64,000 nt of DNA from the NCBI RefSeq assembly GCF_022539665.2, contig NC_081332.1, positions 5,084,001 through 5,148,000 of the forward strand, in the 5' to 3' direction. A program made the position numbers and the translations under genes. Below are positions 33,489-45,778 of the stretch, piece by piece (the stretch's first letter is position 1; each line of letters opens with the position of its first letter). The stretch is from Daphnia carinata (taxonomy: Eukaryota). Below the pieces are notes generated by a model. It ran no database searches and was not told where the DNA came from. It saw nothing but the letters and a program-made list of their open reading frames with translations.

Positions 33489-36400
33489 TTACTGTGGATA
33501 GGTGACAGCACCGGACGGTTGGCTCGACGAGTTGCTAGCGTGAGACTGGCTGTGAGCGTAGGCTTGGTAGTCCATGGTTAGCGGCACGGGACCCGTTGAC
33601 ATGACGGGCAGCGTCATGGTCACGTGACCAGGTACGTGGCTCGTCAGGTAATGCGGCGTCGAGACGTGACCACCCGTGTTGTAGGACGAAGGCGACGGAG
33701 ACGGCTCACCACCCATTCCTTGTTGTTGTTGTTGATGTTGCGGAGCGTGGCCCTGAGACGTTGGCGATGGAGTTACTCCGCCACTAGCCCCACCGCCGCT
33801 ACCAGCCGCGATCATCATAGGATCATCCTCGTCCAAATCGTCATCATATCTGTGCATGAATGAAATTGAATAACCTATTCATCCATTCGACAGATAAATA
33901 TTGGCTTACACATCGCCATCGTCAGGAGGCGGTCCACTTTCGGCTAGAGCTGCGTCATAACTTTCACCAGCCTCTTCAGCCGCCTTTATCCTCTTGATGC
34001 GATTGTACAATGAAGAGTATGGTACATTAAAATGGATGGCTGCTTGATTAATGGACATCTCTCCCTGCCGCACCGCTTCCATGGCGTCCGTCATGTTTGT
34101 ATCGGACCATGGTCTATCTCCGCTGTAACTTTGCTGCAAATCAAGTAAGAGACATTGGTTGTATGAGCCCCAGAAAACCAACAAGTTAAATAAGTTACCT
34201 TATGAACCAGTTCGATGCCTTCTCGTTTACACCGACCGTAAAGCGTCCCGGACGGAATGCCAAATTGTGTAGCTGCTCTCTGGACGGACATGCCACCTCG
34301 AATGGCTTCAAGCGCTCGACCTTTTCAACATCAAGCTCAATAAGGGAACGTTACATAATAACGATTAATGACGGAAACTTACCCAGGTCATCTGGACTCC
34401 AAGTCGTCGGTGAGGCATTGAATGGAGCTGCTAACTTGATTCCCTCCTATTATGCAAATTATAAATTCAACACACAAGCTATCGGGCCAGTCAAGAATTA
34501 ATAGTTTACCTTTCTCGCAATTTTGTACAATGTAGAACTAGGAATACCATATTCCTTGGAAGCTCTATTGGCCGATATTCTACCGGCTCTTAGGGCATCC
34601 AGCGCCAGTCGGAGATCATCCTCTGACCAGTGTCGACTGGAGGGATCCTTTTTCATCGGAGTGTCAATCCCCAATCGATGGGCTCGTTGCCATAGTGTTG
34701 TTGATGGTATTCCAAAGGCAGCTGCCGCACGCGTAAGGCTCATACTGCCATTCCGTAATGCATCCAGGGCCGCTTCCATAGCTTCCGGTGTGTACATTTT
34801 CTTCGTTGGAGCGTCGCTAACTGTATTCAACGACGCTCCACCGTCACTACCACCACCAGCAACACTCGACGCATCGCCATTATTATTGCCAATAGGGCCG
34901 TCGGTAGTGTTCTGACCACTACCAGCTGAATGATGCCCCTGATGTTGCTGTTGCTGTTGCTGTTGATGTGAGTGTTGGTGGTGTCCGTGCATAGTAATGT
35001 GCGATGGAAGCAATCCTAAAATTTCCGGCGTCACTGTCAAGCCTCCTCCATCGTCATGGCCATTCTAACAAGGCGATGGTCAAGATTGAGAACAGATAAA
35101 AGAAATAATGATGAATGAGATTTTCTATTTACCCTATCTGCGTCGTTTACAGAAGCCACAGTTTCATTCCGAACGACTGACGCGTGAGAAAATTCACTCC
35201 CTCCACCATGGCCCCCACCAGGTTCCGTCTTAAAAGAGCGGTCTTGCTGTTGACCTGATGAATTGCCACTGGCATTTGTCGGACTGAAGTTATGGGCATG
35301 AGATGCATGTTGACTCAGGTGATGCTGCCATGGACTCGGCAAATGGTCAAGTGCCACTGGACTGCTATAACCCCTCGTGTCATACAGGTTGGTCGTCTGT
35401 GGTTGCGAATCGAGTGATGAGGGTGCCGAGTGTACAGGGGTATTCGATGCTGAGGGATTGCCGTGATAGCCGCCTACGTCACCACCCCCACCCCCACCAC
35501 CGTCGCCTCCTCCTCCTCCGCCTGGATTACCCTGTAGTGACTGCGGCGTTTGCACCATCATCGAATCGTTGTCTTGGACTAAATCGACCGAATCTGAACC
35601 AATTAGAAAAACTCCATGACACTAGGGATTCCCTAACTATTGAAGGAATGTATCAGTTTGCCTTACCTTGGCTGCTGCTGCCCTGTACAGTACTCTGATT
35701 GGACCCAGTTGGTGATGTTTTAGAAGGCGATCGACTGGGCCAAGAACCACGATAGGCACCTCGAGTTGGACGTCGTACGCCACCGCTCGAGTTCAGCCCA
35801 GCTGCTGCTGCATTCCGTTTTTCCCCACCACCACCGGTCCATCCTCCTCGGCCGGAACCAGAAGAGCCTGAAGGCCTTCTACCTCTCGGCCTTCCTCGAT
35901 AGGATGGGGAGTACGAAGGCCGCTGCTGATTGTTGTTCTGTCCCGGTGAAACTATCTGATTGATGGGTTGCGTCATAGTTGCCATCGAGACGACAGTGTT
36001 GTTGGGTACTCCTAGAGATGCTGCTACAGTTGTCAAAGAAGAATCATTCACAACACCAGTATAGTTGCTGCCAATTGTACCCGGTCCTGGGCCCGACTGA
36101 TGCTCTGCCACAGGTGGGAGTGGCAGAGTGTGTGACATGACAGAGCCCACTGATTGAGTTTCATTTTGCTGCTGTGACACTTCACACAATCCTACATGGC
36201 AAATAGTCTTTCAATAAAAGCTAGCTAGAAGCCCAAACCCAACTTATCATACCTTTAATTTTTAACAATTCTGCCACTCGAACTATGGAAGAGAGCTGAT
36301 CTCTGGTTACGTATGTTTCACCCCTATAGATGAATTCCACAATGGCCCTTAAATCAGCATGTCCAACACCAACAGGAAGAATCAATACTGGATGCTTGCA

Positions 36401-36685
36401 GGGATTGTCCAACAGCACCCGTTGGAAATAGGGGGAACAAGCAGACAGAACAACCTGAATATCAAATGGGATAACAGGAAAAAGCTAAAGAAACCACACA
36501 CGGAGAAGAAATTAAATATATATAGAGATTTTATGTACTCTGTGAGCTTTGATTCTGGCACCATCACAGGCCAGAGTGACGTCGACAAAGGCTTCTTCAG
36601 CCAGTAGCTGGTTTATCACTGACGTCATATTGCAGTGGTAGTTGTTCCATCTTAGACAGAACTGGTCTCCAATTCCCAATGCCAT
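33489..36685 (-). CDS. psq: Pipsqueak: tramtrack-type BTB plus four Psq helix-turn-helix motifs
   Basis: [16 protein letters not shown]...[17 protein letters not shown] and four Psq motifs: [84 protein letters not shown]. The ATG directly follows a splice acceptor, so there are 5' UTR exons upstream. Confidence 0.92.
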
Positions 36686-38742
36686 CTGCAAGCAAAATAC
36701 AAGGGTTCATGTATGAGGAAGCACAACTGACACAACACAATTATCAACTTTTATCTTTTGTACAATTCACAACATCCCCATCCCCTTCTTCTTCTTCTTC
36801 TTCTCTTTCTCTCTCTCCTTCTCCCACCCTTTTCCCCTCTCCAAACCCACTTGACATCAGACACACCTGCCAAAATCTAAAAAAGTAAAAAAAAAAACAG
36901 TAACTGGAAAGCAGAATAACTCACCTCGTTAGATATGTCAATCGAGTTATCCGTAATAAAAAATGGAGGATTATCCAGCCCCAAAATTGGGGCCACACAC
37001 ACAGAACGGGTGACGCCGCACGGAGTAAGCAGCTGGAAAAACGGAAAAAAATCCAAAATGGCAAAGCGACGCTTCTTGTCCACTCACAGAGAACGGAAGG
37101 TTTTTATTTATTAAAAAATATCCGACTGGTGAGAATCTATCGGCCGGGATATTTCGTAGGGGAGACCTTTACACGCACACACATACACACACACACACAC
37201 ACACTGAATTCTCCTGACTTTTGACGCTCGTCTTCCCCCTTCTCTCTCTTCTCTTTCTCTTTCTGCCTCTTCTTCGTTTCTCGTTTTCTTCTTTTACTCT
37301 TCAACAGTGCACTGCTGTGTGTAACAGTCCCCTTCTACTCTGCACTGTACAAGAAAGCTTTTCCTGCGTGCCAGATACGCAAGTGAAGCAGTAACGTATG
37401 GGAGATCACCGGCAACAAGCTGACGACGACGCCAAGCGGCTGACCATCTAAGTAACAGTAATTCGGAAAATGTAGGGCTTCATTGTTCATAAACGTTCCA
37501 CCCTTTTTGCCCATGGCTTCTTTCAAAGGACACAAGTGGCGCTGCTGAGGAAGTTCTATGGCACTAATGAAATCCAAACCTTCTTTTATCTATATCTTCT
37601 CTCTATTCTGAGCCTCGTCTATCCAAAATGGCGCGCTTCCCTGCCACTACTTTCTGGTTTTCATCCTTTGTCCTCGTTTTCATCAGGCTCCTTCTACACA
37701 CTTCCTCTTGACTTTTTTTTTGTTTTGTTTTTTTTTTCTCTCCTTCTTGCTGAACTCTCGGTGAGATTATGATTGTATGATTCCCCATTTCGTCCTTGCG
37801 TGACTTGTGTTCGCTATGGTTAGATGTAGTCAATTTTCTGCCAATTTCGTTTTAAACTCTTAATGGCCTTCACCACACCTGGCATACGGAAATAAGCAGT
37901 TTCGGCTACGAGTTGTGACCGTTGAGAAGAGAAAACAAGTTATGGGAGGAGGGGAAAATGACGCGGATCGCACTATCGCTCCATTTCGGAACAGCTGTTT
38001 TTTATTGGATTGCGCGACTTTAGACAGCTCATAGGCTGTGTTACAGCCCATAAAAGGCAAACTCATTAATCGAAAAACGTTCATTTATAAAAGTGAGTTT
38101 TTAAAAGGAAAATAACTGTCATGGGGTTTGCCGAAAAAGAAAGGCATCGTTCGACTGCCATCTGTCAACGCCCAATAACACCGTTTCCAAAATGGAAAAT
38201 CAGGTCACATTTACGGGGAAAATCGCAAGTCAGCAAATAAATAAATAAAATTATCAGGCCGAATCCACAATGAAAAGACATAAAAATAAAATGAAAAAAA
38301 TCGGAAACCAAATCCTAACATAATGTTTGTATCGTCGTCCGAGACATCTTTTATTGCAAACATCTACATAGAAGGACGTTCATCTTGTAGAACTTATTCG
38401 TGCCGTTATCTGTAACTCTTTTGATTTTTTATGATTGTCGATTACGGGCAAAGGAGTGTTGCCGTTTTTCTTGCGTGTGTAGGGAGCTATTACTTTATAC
38501 GTCACCTTTAAGTCAATCGACTTTCACAATATTTCAAAACATGCTTGAGGGAAGAGGTTGCCGGATTGTCCGATATCGTCATGCCTCCCAAAAAATAGGT
38601 CACGAAGTCATCTAGCGGCCGCATGATGTACTGAAAAATATAAAACAAATCCGTCTGCTAGTTTGAAATTGTTTATCACCGGCTTTGTTAAGAAATTCCA
38701 ATTTTACTTCGCAAACCTACGTTTATTTGTTTTCTTCCCAAC

Positions 38743-41306
38743 ATGTCTGATGCGTGGGAAGAAATTCAAGCAGTAAAATCAAAAAGAAATGAACTCAGAG
38801 AACGCTTACAAAAAAGACGAAAAGAAAGAGAAGATCTTTTGGGCGGTGGCGATTCCTCTTCCGTAATTAAAACAGAGAGCAATATCAAAATTTCAGGTAA
38901 CCCGCGGTCTTTCGGAACAACTTATTCGTACTCTATCAATCCCGTTTAACTTCAGATGAAGCTATTGAGGTCGATTCAACCTCCACAAACAAAGAAGCCA
39001 ATAAGGAAATAGAAAATTGTGTTCTCAGGATTTTAACTGACGCTACACTGTCATTACCATCAGATTCTAGAATCATTTGCCATAGTGTATCCACTCAGAT
39101 AGGCTATGCAGTTTCTCATACAGTTGTTGGTAATCTTCTTCAAAAGTTTGCTGCCCAAGAACTCATTAGGTTGGTGTGCCTTTTAAATAGTCAAAATTCA
39201 GCCTCTAAGTATTTCATTTGGTTTTAAAGATTAGTAGATGGTGTACAGGAGAACCAGCCAGTACTAACCATCACTTATGCAGAACATGTACGCCTGGTAG
39301 CCATGGTCAACGAAGACCAGCAAGGAAATACCTTGTCCTTGAAAAGAAAGCGTAATGCTACATTAAATTGTATACTTTCCCTTTATTATTATCTCAAATT
39401 ATGTGGCAATGTAGAAAATGAAGTTGAAGTTGAAGAGTCTGCATCCCCATCACAAAGTCTAACAGCCAAAGAAGATTTGTCAAAATCTAAAAGGGAGAAG
39501 AAAGATTCAAAGAATAACGATGTCATGGTAATAAGCATATATTGGTGTTTTCGTAGCATTTTGGAAGTTCATGCCATACCTTACGAATATATGTAGAACT
39601 TGCTATCACTTCCGTCAACAAGAGAAAAAGAAAACAAAAAAATGGGCGAAGAAATCTTGGATCTTTTATCAAAACCAACCGTAAAGGAAAAATCTTTAGC
39701 AGAAAGATTCCGCTCTCAAGGAGGTCAGTTGCCTGTGCTACTCTGTCAAGATTGCCGCTTTTTCTGTATTGAAAATTTTTATGTTACATATTTTATTACT
39801 TATTTACTTTTGTTTCTGAAGGAGCACAAGTCAAAGAGTTTTGCGCCCATGGCACCAAAGATGAATGCCGTAGAGTGTGGCTGTCGGAATCAGAGGATGG
39901 CCCTGAATGTAAATGGAATTGTCATCGGCTTCACTTTCGTAAAATCATACAACCACATACGGATGAATCACTAGGAGATTGCTCTTTCTTAAATACCTGC
40001 TTTCACATGGAAACCTGCAAATATGTTAGTTCATTACACAATTTATGTTCCCTTGATAAGTAATCTTTCCTGAAATTAAATCCTTTTGTGTTTTTAATTT
40101 TAGGTTCATTACGAGGTGGACCAAACGATCAAAACTAAAGACGAGTTTGAACCTTCCCTGCTTGGCCAATCAGTGGTAACGCGAGGTGAAAGCACTGTGC
40201 TTTATCCACCTCAGTGGATCCAGTGTGATTTACGTTCATTAGATATGGCAATTTTAGGTGAATTTTTTATGTTAGATGTCCCGTAAATGTGGTCAACTTT
40301 AACTTTGATATCCTTTAGGCAAATTTTCGGTTATAATGGCTGATCCTCCGTGGGATATTCACATGGAACTACCTTACGGGACACTTTCTGATGACGAAAT
40401 GAGGCAGCTGAGTATCCCCATTCTTCAAGATGAGGGACTGATATTTCTGTGGGTAACTGGGCGGGCTATGGAATTGGGCAGAGAGGTACGGTAATATCTT
40501 AAAAGAACAACTGCACAAGCTGTTTTAGCAAATTAGATTGAAATCGGCTGAGTGATTCACGCATGATTTTTTTTTATCCAGTGCCTTCAGCTATGGGGCT
40601 ACGAAAGGGTCGATGAAATCATCTGGGTCAAGACCAACCAGCTACAAAGAATTATTCGAACTGGACGAACAGGTCACTGGCTCAACCACGGGAAAGAACA
40701 TTGTCTGGTATTGATTTGTATTTTTCTCACCCTACTGCCTTCTGAATCGCCATTCTACTAAACTAGTCAGGTATCCTCTACCATAGCCTAATTTTCTACA
40801 TGCATATCTTGTTTCTGTCAAGGTGGGTATGAAGGGTAATCCCAGAATGCTCAACCGCGGACTGGATTGTGATGTTATAGTGGCCGAAGTCCGAGCAACA
40901 AGCCACAAACCAGACGAAATGTATGGCATAATCGAACGTCTTTCGCCTGGAACGCGCAAGATCGAACTATTCGGAAGGCCTCACAACGTTCAGCCCAATT
41001 GGTATGCTCATGCGGTTGACCTTCATGCATTACCTACTCACTGTCCTTCAATTTTACTCTGCCTATTTGACGCTTGCGTTGTTTTTGTCGTTGTTTTCCT
41101 TACGTTTTGCCTTTCATGGACGTTTGACAGCGCGGAAATGCGTTTTATTTGCTGTGGTTATCTAGCTGAAGTAAAAAAAACATTGTTACACGATATTTAG
41201 GATTACCCTGGGAAACCAACTCGATGGCGTCCATCTGCTAGATCCTGACATTGCCCTTGCCTATCAGAAACATTATCCAGACGCCACTGCTACGAATGCC
41301 AAATAA
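38743..41306 (+). CDS. METTL3: m6A methyltransferase catalytic subunit (Ime4/MT-A70); multi-exon
   Basis: [27 protein letters not shown] leader helix; CCCH fingers ([35 protein letters not shown]); catalytic ADPPW (~40339-40353); [46 protein letters not shown]. Confidence 0.96.
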
Positions 41307-42260
41307 AATTGGCACACCGTTTTGGAGATTATTTTTTAAGTGTTACCATGTTTCCATTGATTCGCTCATTAATAAAAGTTAAGAAGTCGATTACGTACAC
41401 GAAAATCAAAGGTTTTTCTACACGTCATTGCTACTGTTGTTGAAGTGAAACGAATTATGCGCCATAGTAGGCCTAGCTTCTCTTCAATAACATGCATTGA
41501 TCACGTGAAGCGCGCCTTTCTTTTAAATAGATCATTAGTTAGAGAAAACAAATTGCTGGCCGGTTGCATAACATTCTTTAACCGGAAGGGGAATCGCATC
41601 ATGTGAACGAAAACTTACTAGTAAGACTGAAAACAAAGCAGGAATAAAGCAGAGGAAAAGAAGAAGAACAAAAAAAAAAGAAAAAAAAACAGTGGGCGTC
41701 TTAATCGATACCCGTTTCAATCGATGCCGAGTATCGTGGACTTGCCCTGAAGTATCGTTGGCCGCATAAAGTCGGCAGTTGGAAAACAAAATCTTACTTA
41801 GTCTGAGTGCGGTGGTTGGAGCCTTAGTTCGTGACTAAAGCGAATGTAGGTAGAGGGGGAAAGTAGATTTTTCTGACACGCGTCTTCTAATAAGAAGCAT
41901 TTCTAGTAAGCTATTTCAAATATTTATGTTAATGTATAAAATTGTTTTACTAATTTGTTGGTGAATCGTTCTGTACAATGCGGACATAACCACTTTTTTC
42001 CTATTTATCCGTAATTGACAGATACTGCGATTTCATGAGCCATTTTATCTCTTCAAGGACGACTTGCTGATTCGTCGGACATCCCCCAATCACGCGATTG
42101 TTTTCTCGTTTGTATAAATACAGTGAAACCACGCAAGTAAAATTGCGGCATATTCACTGCGTGATATGTGGCCTTGGTTTTTAATTTAAAATAATAGCAA
42201 ACATACAGGAGAGTTTGAAGGATTGCCCAAGATTAACCAGAAAAATTGATAAAACCCTGT

Positions 42261-44024
42261 ATGAGTAATAGAATGCCAGGGCTCAACAAAATTATTGGCC
42301 ATCAGTCCTTGAACTCCAGTAAAACAGAGAAATCAGAAAAATGGAACTGGCCAGGTTGGTTTAGGAAAAGGAAGTCTACTCACAGTTCAAGCCATTTAGT
42401 CCTAAGTGCAAGCAGTGTTGTGCCCCGTGAATATGAAGAAGGCATGCCTAGTCATTCACAAGGTGAGGACACAATTTGCTACAATTGTTCTTCTTCTGTT
42501 CCATCAAAAACTCCATTGTGTGCTGCAGGTCTAGTCAGCAATGGACATAGTCGAGATCAGATGGAGACAATGGAAGATATCGTTCAAGATGATTTGGTAT
42601 GTCTTCTTTGTCTTCAGGTCCCTAATGAGTGGTTCACCATAGAAACCTGTGGTTGTAAGTTTTGTCAGCAGGTAATTCTATTCACTAAAGGTGCACCATA
42701 AAACACTGTCAAGTTTAAAGCTGTTGAATTTGTTTTTTCTAGTGCATGGAAATGTATGCTCATTGTAGCATAAGAAGTGGAAATGTCCCTATAAGTTGCC
42801 CAGATGCCCACTGTTCTTTAAATGATCAAAGCAAAAATAAGCAGGGAGGGTCCAGCCAACTATCACGCAATGAAGTAGGTGTTAACATTTAGTCAAGCTC
42901 TATTAGGCTTCTAAATTTTCAAGGCCTTGTTTTACATCCAAGGTAAGGCAACTGGTGCCAAATGATGTTTTCCCACTGTACTTGAGACTGCAACTGAACA
43001 CTGGTACATTTTTCAATGTTTGGAGAGCTACGCACTCTGTTGTAACCACGCCATTTTATGTATCTCAGAGGTCGCAGTAGATCCCAGGTTGATGTGGTGC
43101 CCACGGCCTGGTTGTGAAACCGTATGTACTTTAACCGAAGACGTGTCTGAAAAAAAGACAAAGCGAAAGTTTTTGGGCATGTTTGCTATTTCTCGCGATC
43201 AACGCAACCAAGCAGTAGTCTGCTCCTCCTGTCAATTTTCATTCTGCTCCCAATGCAAAACTCCTTGGCATATCGACACACCATGTCCATCCCTTAGCCG
43301 ACTTCTGTCAGATCCCAACAAAAACGCTCAGGATCCGGTATTTGAAAGCAAATGACAATTTTTTTCCCCCTCATCTGATGAGTGTAATTTTCAACACAGG
43401 ACGACCCGATCGTGTTGCTAGAACGTGATGGTTACATTAAGCGATGCCCATTTTGCCAGGTTGAAACTTGCTTATCATATCCTCACATAAGGGAAATAAC
43501 CATCTTACGTCGTTTATGCAGGTACCAATAGAAAGGGACGATGGATGCGCCCAGATGATGTGCAAAAACTGCCGACACGTTTTCTGTTGGTTTTGCTTAG
43601 CTTCTCTCGACGACGATTTTATGTTGCGACATTACGACTCAGGTATATTGTCTGCATTTTATTCCTGTTACGTGTTCTGGAAAGTTTTTCCTTGTTTTCG
43701 ATGTAGGCCCGTGTCGTAGTCGTTTGGGTCATTCAAGAATCTCGGTTGTCTGGCATCGGACTCAGGTAAAATTAATGCTGCAAAGAAAATATGCAAACTA
43801 CTTTCTTTCCGAAGACGTTCAAATTTGCTTTTCTGTAGGTGGTTTCAGCATTTTTAGGACTTGGAGTTTTGTTTCTTGTGACTTCGCCTCTACTTCTGTT
43901 AGCTTCGCCGTGTTTTTTCTGTTGGCGCCATCATTCCCAGCAGACAGATGCATCGTCAGTTCGCAGCAATTTAGATTCTACCACTGCCAAATTTGTCCCA
44001 TCATCCACGCAAGAGCATCTTTGA
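42261..44024 (+). CDS. RNF144: RBR E3 ubiquitin ligase, RNF144A/B-like, with C-terminal TM helix
   Basis: RING1 (CLLC...CGCKFCQQC...SCPDAHC), IBR (WCPRPGC...[17 protein letters not shown]), RING2 ([30 protein letters not shown]), and [38 protein letters not shown]. Confidence 0.88.
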
Positions 44025-45108
44025 CGATTTCTTCTTTTTCGGAACGAGGAAAATTAAGAAATATCGACTGGTGACAAACATTTTTTTTTCCAATATGTTT
44101 GGTTCGTTCAACAATTAATCTTTTTGACTTTTCGTCCATAAGTATAATTATGTTATGTGTCGATAGTAGGGTTTTGAACAGTGATACGTACCTTTTGACG
44201 TGCTCAATTCCTAGCGTGATTTGTGCCGGATTTATACCGACACTTGATTTCTCATAAATTTGTTCGTGCAAAGTTTTGCTTATCATTGCCATTATGTATG
44301 ACGCTGTGCAAAATTAATCAAGATTAAAATAAACGAATGCTGGTTCTACGTAATTGATTTTCAACAAATAGAAAATTTAAATATACTTCGAATAAATGCT
44401 TCAAGCCGTAAGTCTCAAAATAAAAATCTTAATGAATCCATAGCCAGCATAAGAACTAGACAAGGGACTTTATTATGCCGCTGGTAGAGGGAAGGAGAAC
44501 AAATCCTTCTAGTTTCAAATGACGGATTAATTTTCAATTGCCTCATTCGGCCGCTTTATGCATGGGGTAGAGAAGGGGATTTGAAAAGAACCTTGCCTCT
44601 ATGCCATCGAAGAGATGTTCAACCCTCCCGCATGGAACGAACTACTTACTTATTTCACATACTGATTTTAAATGACTTACAAGCACCAACTATCATTAGG
44701 TTTAAATACTTTTTGCCTCCAATTTCCTGATAACCTAGCAGAACAAAGAAAATTTCGAGAATCAAGAAAATTCTACCCATCTCAGATGGGTAAAATTACT
44801 AAAAACTAAAGATACAAAAAGAACACCCTAAGATAGTATAATAGTACTGCACACGCCACGACTTCTCTTCCCTTAGATACGTACTCAACACGATTCTCTT
44901 CTCGAACAATTAATTGCACCACACAAAAGAAGAGGGGATGACGATAGCTGGTGACGAAGGATCTACGAAAGAGATTGCGCGCGCCCTACATCACGAACAT
45001 ATGCTCTATGAAACAGACAGAAATCAGGTTCAGTTTGTATCCGATGCTGCTTGTGAAACATCAGACAATTTAAAAAAGTTTTCAGGTGGTTCCTGCTACT
45101 AAAATAAA

Positions 45109-45577
45109 ATGGAGAGCCCACAAAAAAAAATAGCGAGAAGAATTGAACCATCATCTACCATACCATCTTCAATGACTGACGCTCGATTTGTGCAAAGTTT
45201 GCTATTAGCGACGCCTCTCTATTTCTACTATCCACACTTAACTCCACCGGGATTTTTCAGCAGCCTTTTAAAAGGACTAGTTCAAATGCGACATGCAACC
45301 GCAGAGCAAAACATGGCTGTTGAACATGGCATCGATTTAACCAACGCTAGACAAGCCACTTCAAGAATAGGGTAAAGTCAAGCAATAGATATGAATTCCG
45401 AGAAGAATTAATGAAAAATGATACTGCATTGTTTGTTCTAGTCCTGGGAAGCGAAGAAGCGTTTGCGATGGGGCAGAGCGGACAGCTAATAAGAAATCAA
45501 AAGATCGGATGGGTCCATCTCCTAAGGGAAACAACTCACTCGAGCAATCCCACAGTGTCTCGCCACCCCTCCCTTAA
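45109..45577 (+). CDS. Putative two-exon orphan ORF (about 130 aa), possibly part of a pseudogene
   Basis: ORF from 45109 with donor AGG|GTAAAG (~45371) splices in phase to acceptor TTCTAG|T (45441), giving GPGKRRSVCDGAERTANKKSKDRMGPSP...PPLP*. No recognised domain. Confidence 0.35.
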
Positions 45578-45778
45578 CATTTTGCGCTGCAACGACTCCT
45601 GCTGAATGAGTGTATTTCCCGCATCAGTAATTCCAAATCATTGATTCCCCTCATCCTCAATCACCAACGGGGAAAATCTTATATGCTTATTGTTTACGTT
45701 TAGCTTATGTTTAGGTTGCACAATTGAAAGTATTCCCTCACCTCCCTCTGCTTTATAAGCAAGTAATGAAGATGCACT

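Noticed and set aside
35037..35130. Apparent frameshift between psq ORFs 35037-35561 and 34498-35040
   Set aside because: Resolved by a normal GT-AG intron ([15 protein letters not shown]).
40766..40780. CAG|GTATCCTC inside a METTL3 intron, resembling a U12 donor or recursive splice site
   Set aside because: Imperfect match to GTATCCTT, no clear U12 branch point, and canonical flanking sites already give the conserved protein.
41002..41200. METTL3 last intron is open in frame and would add a hydrophobic tail
   Set aside because: T-rich introns often translate as hydrophobic, and the spliced form restores the conserved [10 protein letters not shown]; no evidence for retention from sequence alone.
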